Source: an uncultured delta proteobacterium (GTDB lineage: Bacteria > Desulfobacterota > Desulfobacteria > Desulfobacterales > Desulfatirhabdiaceae). Taken from it: DNA of 64,000 bases. The translations under genes and the position numbers were made by a program. The notes under the pieces were generated by a model that ran no database searches, was not told where the DNA came from, and was given only the letters and a program-made list of their open reading frames with translations. The DNA lies in the NCBI GenBank assembly GCA_963789395.1, contig CAWBKP010000010.1:109721-173720 (forward strand), in the 5' to 3' direction. Numbering within the stretch: the first letter of the stretch is position 1; the number at the start of each line of letters is the position of its first letter. Below are positions 56,868 to 64,000 of this stretch, piece by piece.

Positions 56868-58733
56868 ATGGATGATAGCATGAGAAAAGGCACTACTACC
56901 AAAAGCAGGAAATCCCTATTTTTCGAGGATACACGGTCTGCACAACCTGACAATATCCGGACAACTCTTTTAGGATTAGGCGGATTTCTTCATGAATCCT
57001 TGACATATCTGCGCCCTTACTGGAAGCATAGTGTATTAATCATTTTAACTTTGACCCCGGAAGTAGCTCTCGAAACAATCCAGCCCATACTTCTCATGGT
57101 TCTGATCGACAAGGCGATCCTGGTCGGTAATCATAGATTGGCCATCCTTATTGTGGGGGCTTTGGTTGGATTGCTGCTAATTTATGCCATGGCACGCCTG
57201 GCTAATTTGTATCTATCAGCCCGGATTGGGGCAGATATCACCAATAAATTGCGGTTGAAAATTTTCGAACACTTTCAAAGCTTGTCAGTAAACTTTTATA
57301 TCCACAACCAAACTGGCGATTTGATTTCCCGGTTTACCTCGGACTTAGATGCGCTTGATATTACGTTTTCTGCGGATTTCCCTTACGGGATTTCTTGTGT
57401 CTTTACAATAATAGTAGGCACTCTCTTCACATTAATTATTGATTGGCGCCTGGCTCTCCCGATAATCGTTCTTTTGCCGTTAATCATTCTCGGTCCGCGA
57501 CTGCTTGAATATCGGACCGAGAAAGCGAATTATCAACGACAGCAGGATATCGCTCAGCTGGTCAATTCATTAGAGGAGAATATATCTGCCCAGCCGGTAG
57601 TCAAAGTTTTTGGGCTACAGAGTTTAATGGTTAATCGGTTCGAAAAGTCGCTGGACCAACTCTTCCGCAGCACCTCACGCGCCAGTCTTTTAAGCGGTTT
57701 GCAGGGAACGACCATGCTCGCAACTGGAAACTTTCTGCTGGCCCTGACCTTAGGTATTGGTGCCCTGGTAGCCGTCCAGGGTGAATTATCTGTAGGAAAA
57801 TTAGTAGCCCTCTTTGAACTAGTGTGGTTTATAGTATCTTCGTTACAGGAACTAACCGGAGTTTTGCCATCGGTCCAGCGAGGTGCTGCTGCAATGCAGC
57901 GAATTGATGAAATATTGGCTGAAAAATCGGATATTCTCGATTCGCCGAATGCCATGGACTTACCTCCATTCTCCCAAGAAATTGTGTTCCATAATATCAG
58001 CTTCAGTTATAACGGCAAGGAAATGCATCTGAATAATATCAAAGCCGTTATACCAAAGCATCATTCAATTGCTATTGTTGGCCCCAGTGGGAGCGGCAAG
58101 AGTACCATGCTGAGCCTAATGATGCGATTCCATGACCCTACTCAGGGTGCCATAACTTTCGACGGATATGATTTGAGGCATATCACTCAGGCATCCCTAC
58201 GATCTCAGATGGGAGTAGTATTTCAGGAAAATTTTCTTTTCCGAACTTCAATCCGCGAGAATATCCGTCTGGGGAAGCTCGAGGCAACCGATAAAGAGGT
58301 TGAGATAGCCGCCCGGGAAGCTGAGATCCATAATTTCATAATCTCTTTGCCGGAAGGGTATGATACAGATGTGGGAGAGAAAGGTCGCTCTTTATCAGGG
58401 GGGGAGCGCCAACGTATTGCTCTATCCCGGGCTCTATTGCGCCGCCCGGCTATTCTTATCCTGGACGAACCTGCATCCGCGCTAGATGTAGAGACTGAAG
58501 CCGCAATCAACGCTACCCTGGAAAAAATATCCAAAGATATAACGATAATCTCAGTTACACACCGACTTATCTCTGCGGTCAATGTAGACCTTATTCTGGT
58601 AATGGAGGGGGGTACATTAATTGAGCAGGGTAACCATGAGGAGTTGCTCAACGAGAAGGGAGTCTATTATCGCCTTTGGCAGCAACAAAATGGACTACTG
58701 GTAGGCTCAAAAACCAACACGCTAATAGCTTGA
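56868..58733 (+). CDS. ABC exporter, fused TMD-NBD (MsbA/peptide-exporter type)
   Basis: Six-TM domain, GPSGSGKST, LSGGERQR, LILDE, THR. Confidence 0.95.
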   Translation: MDDSMRKGTTTKSRKSLFFEDTRSAQPDNIRTTLLGLGGFLHESLTYLRPYWKHSVLIILTLTPEVALETIQPILLMVLIDKAILVGNHRLAILIVGALVGLLLIYAMARLANLYLSARIGADITNKLRLKIFEHFQSLSVNFYIHNQTGDLISRFTSDLDALDITFSADFPYGISCVFTIIVGTLFTLIIDWRLALPIIVLLPLIILGPRLLEYRTEKANYQRQQDIAQLVNSLEENISAQPVVKVFGLQSLMVNRFEKSLDQLFRSTSRASLLSGLQGTTMLATGNFLLALTLGIGALVAVQGELSVGKLVALFELVWFIVSSLQELTGVLPSVQRGAAAMQRIDEILAEKSDILDSPNAMDLPPFSQEIVFHNISFSYNGKEMHLNNIKAVIPKHHSIAIVGPSGSGKSTMLSLMMRFHDPTQGAITFDGYDLRHITQASLRSQMGVVFQENFLFRTSIRENIRLGKLEATDKEVEIAAREAEIHNFIISLPEGYDTDVGEKGRSLSGGERQRIALSRALLRRPAILILDEPASALDVETEAAINATLEKISKDITIISVTHRLISAVNVDLILVMEGGTLIEQGNHEELLNEKGVYYRLWQQQNGLLVGSKTNTLIA

Positions 58734-58817
58734 AATAAATAACATGCCGTAATCGATACATTAACCCGCTGAAACCCATATATTATTAAAAGAGGAATTC
58801 TATGGGGGGCTAAGAAT

Positions 58818-59843
58818 ATGAGAATTTCAATTATCTTCACTGCTTTTGAACCATTAAGCGAAATAGAACGAGAGAATAATCTGGCTATTGAAAGTGACCT
58901 GGGGATAGTTGAAGAAGTAGAGCGAAGTCTGCATGAGTTAGGTCATTCTACTGAGAGATTACCGCTGACCGATGACATTAATGAATTACTGGCTCATTTC
59001 AAGATGAGTAAGCCTGACCTGATTTTCAATCTAATTGATGACTTCAGGGGACAGATCATTTTACAGATGAATATTATTGCGCTGTTTGATCTTCTAGGAC
59101 TAAACTATACTGGTTCAGGACCGCAGGCTTTTGGCTTGTCTACGGATAAAGCTCTTACTAAATCTATTCTCAGTGCGCAGGGAATACCGATTCCCCGATT
59201 TCAGGTTGCTTATAAAACCAAGTTCCATCTGGCTGCAGACTTGTCTTTTCCTGTCATTGTAAAACCTCTTTATGAGGGTGGCAGTTATGGTATTTCCAAT
59301 GAGTCGGTCATAAGCGATTTATCGGCTGTTGAGGCACGCGTCAGTTATATACAGGATACATATCATCAACCATCAATTGTGGAGGATTTTATTGATGGGC
59401 GAGAAATCATTGTCTCCATCCTGGGTAATGATCCTCCCACTGTCCTGCCTTTATGTGAGATAGGGTTCCTCAATTTTCCGAGTTCCCTCCATAAGATACG
59501 CAATTTTCAGTCAAAGTGGATGATTGATACTTTTGAGTACTTGAACACGGCTCTTATCTGTCCTGCCCCACTACCCAGTGAAGTTGAAAATATCATTAAA
59601 GAGATTGCTTTGAAATCTCATCTGGCTGTGGGTTGTCGAGATTACTCAAAGGTCGATATTCGCTTGGATAATAACAATAGACCTTATGTAGTTGATGTTA
59701 ATACTAATCCTTTCATTTCATCGAATTCCAGTTTTATATTTTCGCTCGAACAATCCGGTCGAAATTATATAGACTTTATTGCCAGCCTTATCGATATTGC
59801 TCTGAAAAGAAAAAGTAGCCTGATTAGCGACAATGCGGAGTGA
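58818..59843 (+). CDS. D-Ala-D-Ala ligase-like ATP-grasp amide ligase
   Basis: PDLIFNL, YTGS, DK..TK, P.IVKP..EG.S.GI, E.FI.GRE, RDY.KVDIR, DVN.NP. Confidence 0.88.
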   Translation: MRISIIFTAFEPLSEIERENNLAIESDLGIVEEVERSLHELGHSTERLPLTDDINELLAHFKMSKPDLIFNLIDDFRGQIILQMNIIALFDLLGLNYTGSGPQAFGLSTDKALTKSILSAQGIPIPRFQVAYKTKFHLAADLSFPVIVKPLYEGGSYGISNESVISDLSAVEARVSYIQDTYHQPSIVEDFIDGREIIVSILGNDPPTVLPLCEIGFLNFPSSLHKIRNFQSKWMIDTFEYLNTALICPAPLPSEVENIIKEIALKSHLAVGCRDYSKVDIRLDNNNRPYVVDVNTNPFISSNSSFIFSLEQSGRNYIDFIASLIDIALKRKSSLISDNAE

Positions 59844-60012
59844 GACGCTTTTACTGACTTTTGAAAACAGTAATGGTGTGCGATGTATCGCATCGCGCTG
59901 ACCCTGTTAAGATCGCTTACTAATCTGGACCTCCGGGGATCGAGCATCTGCCCCAGGTCACCGAACACCTGACACAGAGCTTTCGGGCCGGTGAAAGGGA
60001 GATTGAAACACC

Positions 60013-60462
60013 ATGACGCTTCGTGATTTCGGTTGTACGCTAATCGTTAGAAATTCATCCATCCACGACCACGGCTGCTATGCTGGTGAACTCATTCCCG
60101 CCGGGGCCTTCATTGTAGAATATATGGGTGACCTGATCCCCGCCGAAGAAGCATACCGACGGGAACAGGACGCGACCCGCACCGGCATATACACATTTTG
60201 GGTCGGCGACGAGTGGGCGATTGACGGTTATGTCGAGGGAAATATCGCAAGATACATCAACCACTCCTGCACCCCGAACTGCGACTACAGGATTGAGGGC
60301 CTGAGGGTGCTGATTTACGCTGACCGGGACATAGCCGTTAGCGAGGAGCTTACCATCGACTACAGCTACAGTTCTGAAGGGGAGAAGGTGCCCTGCTGCT
60401 GCGGGTCGCCTAAGTGTCGGGGTTGCATCAACTCCATGGATGAGGACACAAAACAGCCATGA
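60013..60462 (+). CDS. SET-domain methyltransferase with post-SET cysteines
   Basis: S.IH..G.YA, EY.G, ARYINHSCTPN, ELTIDY, C.CGSPKCRG. Confidence 0.93.
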   Translation: MTLRDFGCTLIVRNSSIHDHGCYAGELIPAGAFIVEYMGDLIPAEEAYRREQDATRTGIYTFWVGDEWAIDGYVEGNIARYINHSCTPNCDYRIEGLRVLIYADRDIAVSEELTIDYSYSSEGEKVPCCCGSPKCRGCINSMDEDTKQP

Positions 60463-60465
60463 GCT
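60445..60465 (+). repeat. Degenerate ISL3-type right IR overlapping the SET stop codon
   Basis: gacacaaaacagccatgagct versus gacacgaaacagcgaggagcc (reverse complement of the MITE left end): 17/21. Confidence 0.5.
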
Positions 60466-60682
60466 CAGAAAAGTGCTGGATGATGCCAATAACACATCTC
60501 AACAATATGTTATCCGAATCTTGAGTATTTACTTCGCGGTTTTCTCATGGATACCAACACAATTCTTGATTGATAAAGAAGCACGGTCTTTGAACCATTT
60601 GGATCAAGGAACCGTCCAACAACCCAACATTGTTTCATGGGCTTGATCAATGTTTTGACGACTGCCGGTCAGTTCGGCTATG

Positions 60683-60751
60683 GTTAATGATACCAGAAAT
60701 ATTCATGAATAAAAATCCGAGAAAAAATACTCAAGCATATATGCAAGTATG
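60683..60751 (+). repeat. Island repeat copy R3
   Basis: gttaatgataccagaaatattcatgaataaaaatccgagaaaaaatactcaagcatatatgcaagtatg. Confidence 0.8.
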
Positions 60752-60845
60752 CATTTGATTTTCAAATCTGCTTTTTCTATTTCGGGTAGGTCCCCCATAC
60801 AAAACAGCAATGCGCCGTAAGGTTTAACCCAAAAAGGAGAAATTG

Positions 60846-62061
60846 ATGGAACGCATCCATAATTCGCATGAACCGCCCGATTTCTCGATCATCCTGGGAG
60901 GGCCATTGTTCCAACTCCTGGTGCAATCGCATCTGGCCACCCCGACTCTCCGACCTTCTCAGACGAAGGATTGTCTTCATCAGCCTGTTCGCTTAATCCG
61001 CCTCTCCTGCTTCTCTCCCTTGTCGATGGCCAAAGCTTGGGGGGGTACCGGTTTGCCGTTCCTGTATGACATTGAAATGCATGTCCGTTTTCTGGTAGCA
61101 CTGCCGCTTCCTCATTGTCGCAGAGCTTAAAAGCGCACCAACCGGCTACGGCTGATCGTAGGACAGTTCATTGATCGGAACATCATCACCGAAGATGTGC
61201 TCCCCGCAGTTCAAGGCAGCCATTGACTCGGCGATGAAGCTCCGGAATTCGGTGGTCATGGAACTGATTCTGGTCTTCGCGGTCTTCATCGTGGGGAATT
61301 ACGCCTGGGGCATGTTAAGCGGCATGGGGGAAGATCTCATCCGGGGCGGGGAACCTGGTATTCCTCGGCTGTCAGTACCGGTGTTTTCCACTCTCCGGCT
61401 GCCTACTGGTACTTCGTTTGTGAGCAGGCCGCTGTTTCAGTTCCTTCTTTTGCGCTGGTATTTTCGGCTGTTTATATGGACCCGTTTTCTCTGGCAGATT
61501 TCGAGGCTCGAACTGAATCTTATCCCGACCCATCCCGACCGTGCAGTCGGTATTGGGTTCCTTGCTGGAAGCAGTGCTGCCTTGTCACCGCTGCTTCTGG
61601 CGCACGGCGCGATGTTTGCTGGACTGATGGCAAATCCGATTTTTTTTACAGGTGCGAAACTGACCGATTTCAAATTGGAAATCGTCGGCGGTGTGGTAGC
61701 AGCTTTGATGTTGGTACTGGGACCTCCTCCTGGTTTTTACCCCACATCTATTGCGCGCCAAGAGAACAGGCCTGATCGAGTACGGCATTCTTGCCAGCAG
61801 GTATGTCAGTGAATTCGAACTCAAATGGGTGCGTGGCGGCGCAACCGATGATGAACCGCTGAATCGGCAGTGGCGACATCCAGTCGTTGGCCGACCTGGG
61901 GGGCAGCTTCCAGGTGATCCGCGACATACAGACGTTCCTGTTCAGCAAAAATACGGTCATACATCTTGTCGTCATTACACTTTTACCGGGATTGCCTCTG
62001 GTATTGACTTATGATTCCCATAGAAGAGTTGATCACAAAACTCATTGGAGTTGTTTTTTGA
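60846..62061 (+). CDS. Conserved hypothetical membrane protein, split by several indels
   Basis: Stitched motifs DFS.ILGGPLFQ, H.RFLVALP, S.PLFQFLLLRW.FRL.IW, L.L.PTHPD...G.GFL, DIQSLADL..S. Confidence 0.7.
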
Positions 62062-62531
62062 CGCTGGTGAAGTGTGGAAAGCAACAAATCTACGACAGAT
62101 AGCTCAGCAAATGCCCAGCGGTGCCGAATACAGCAGGATAAATCTGGTTCCATGTCGTTTCATCTGGCAAACACATACAATAAATGGTCTCAAGGATTAT
62201 TTGTCCAAAACACAAATATTCACAGGCCTGTTTTCTTATGAATTATTTTGTATCCATGAAGATGGCCAGACTTTTAAATATAATATTCAAGAATTGTTGA
62301 TATTTCAATTACGGATACTCGCTGTTTCAGCAAGGCGAACAACAAGAAGCATTGATAATCCTGAAATGTCGTGTTTACAACACGAAACAGCGAGGAACCA
62401 GTTTTTTCTGGCGCAGGTTGTTGTCTTCTTTAAAGCCTTCCCCCAGCGCTTTCTGACGAATCAACTGCCGATTCCAGATTAATATGTAAGATTGTCCGAA
62501 AGACAGAATTTTATTATCAGGGAGAAAGATC

Positions 62532-64000
62532 ATGAAACTGAACGACATTACCAGGGGAACGGGACTTGAAGAACATGGAATCACCAACGTGAATCTGATT
62601 TACTGGACACCTCCGACTGCGGTACTGTATGAGCAAATCGTCAAGCGCGGGAAGGCTTATCTCCCATATGGGGGCCGTGGCGGTGAAGACCGGACATTAT
62701 ACCGGACGGGCCGCCAACGAGAAATTCATCGTCGATGAGCCGACCTGCCATGACCATATCGCCTGGGGCAAGGTCAATCGGCCCTTCGATCCGGCAAAGT
62801 TCGATGAACTCTACAAGCGGATGTGCGCTTACATGCAGGGCCGCGACCTGTTCGTTCAGGACTGCTTTGCCGGCGCGACAAGGAGCATCGTCTGCCGATC
62901 CGTGTCATTACCGAAAAAGCCTGGCATTCCCTCTTCGCCCGCAACATGTTCATCCAGGCCACGCAGGAGGAACTGGAAAACCACATGCGCCATTCACCGT
63001 CATCAATATGCCCGACTTCCATGCCGTCCCCTCCATGGACGGCACCAACTCGGAAGCCTTCATCATCATCAATTTCGCCGCAAAATGATTATCATCGGCG
63101 GCACCAGCTATGCCGGAGAAATCAAGAAAGCGATCTTTACCATTCTCAACTATCTCCTGCCGGTAGAAAAGAAGATCCTGTCCATGCACTGCTCCGCCAA
63201 TGTCGGGCCAAAGGGTGATACCGCCATTTTCTTCGGCCTGTCCGGCACCGGAAAAACCACCCTCTCCGCTGATCCGAATAGCTCACTGATCGGTGATGAC
63301 GAGCATGGCTGGGACGACAAGGGGGTCTTCAACTTTGAAGGCGGCTGCTATGCCAAGATCATCAAACTCTCCAAGGAAGCTGAGCCGGAAATATATGAGA
63401 CGACACGCCGCTTCGGCACCGTCCTCGAAAACGTGGCAATCAACACCCATACCCGCCGGGTAGATCTGGACGATGACTCCTTTACCGAAAACACCCGGGC
63501 CTCCTACCCGATCACCCATATCCCCAATATCGTCAGAACCGGCTGCGGCGGCCATCCGGCCAACATCATCATGCTCACCTGCGATGCCTTCGGAGTGCTG
63601 CCGCCCATCGCCAACCTGACCCCGGAACAGGCCATGTTCCATTTCCTCTCCGGCTATACCGCCAAGGTTGCCGGAACCGAGGCCGGCATAACCGAGCCGT
63701 CGGCGACCTTTTCCACCTGTTTCGGCGGCCCGTTCATGGCGCTCAATCCATCTGTCTATGCCGAACTGCTGCGGGAAAAAATCGCCAGACACAAGGTAGA
63801 CTGCTGGCTGGTCAATACCGGCTGGAGCGGCGGCGCCTACGGCGTCGGGAGCAGGATGAAGATTGCCTATTCGCGGGCCCTCATCAATGCCGCCATCGAC
63901 GGCGTCCTGAATGAGGGGGAGTTCGAGAAGGAGCCTTCTTCGGCCTGATATCCCGAAGAGTTGTCCCGGGGTGCCCGATGAGGTGCTAAACCCCCGCAAT
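62532..64000 (+). CDS. pckA: Phosphoenolpyruvate carboxykinase (ATP), split by indels, runs off the window
   Basis: YAGEIKK, MHCSAN, FGLSGTGKTTLS, IGDDEHGW, NFEGGCYAK, TENTRASYP. Confidence 0.95.

Larger units (their letters stand above)
44270..62400. mobile_element. tRNA-adjacent accessory region / genomic island (boundaries approximate)
   Basis: Begins right after tRNA-Arg. Visibly AT-richer and mosaic, with IS3, ISL3 remnants, a MITE, tyrosine recombinases and truncated genes. Core genes resume at pckA. Confidence 0.6.

Noticed and set aside
44972..60751. Island repeats as a CRISPR array, integron attC sites or sigma54 promoters
   Set aside because: Spacing is kilobases with no cas genes; the copies lack the RYYYAAC/GTTRRRY long-hairpin architecture; and the minus-strand TGGCAC...TTGC in R1 has 12 rather than 10 nt between GG and GC.

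Overview
Bacterial chromosomal window, most likely from an anaerobic Desulfobacterota (Desulfobacterales-like) organism; this is inferred from gene content only. Many genes, including essential ones such as dnaE, are split by single-base indels, which points to long-read consensus errors rather than real pseudogenes. Bases 1-44.2 kb are mostly core genome: FG-GAP repeat protein, cbiB-cbiR, EamA transporter, LysM protein, DegT aminotransferase, manC, dnaE, guaB, a liv-type ABC transporter, panE/acyl-CoA ligase/thioesterase, B12 radical SAM, a MesB-like methionine synthase, recQ, groES-groEL, a 2-oxoacid:ferredoxin oxidoreductase operon, hisC-cmk-rpsA-sppA, a D,D-carboxypeptidase, tRNA-Pro, purA, tadA and tRNA-Arg(ACG). 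From the tRNA-Arg to about 62.4 kb lies a mosaic, AT-richer accessory island, followed by pckA. The island holds the two most interesting signals. (1) A four-gene cassette encoding a bacterial vasohibin-like Cys-His-Ser peptidase, an ABC exporter, a Ddl-like ATP-grasp ligase and a SET methyltransferase, bracketed by ISL3-type ends; this is a candidate peptide or protein tailoring system. (2) A 2.5-kb element with two tyrosine recombinases, 11-bp terminal inverted repeats, a 7-bp overlap and an internal pseudoknot-like structured region, inserted precisely into one copy of a ~65-bp repeat that recurs across the island. All family assignments come from motif recognition by eye; no database searches were run.
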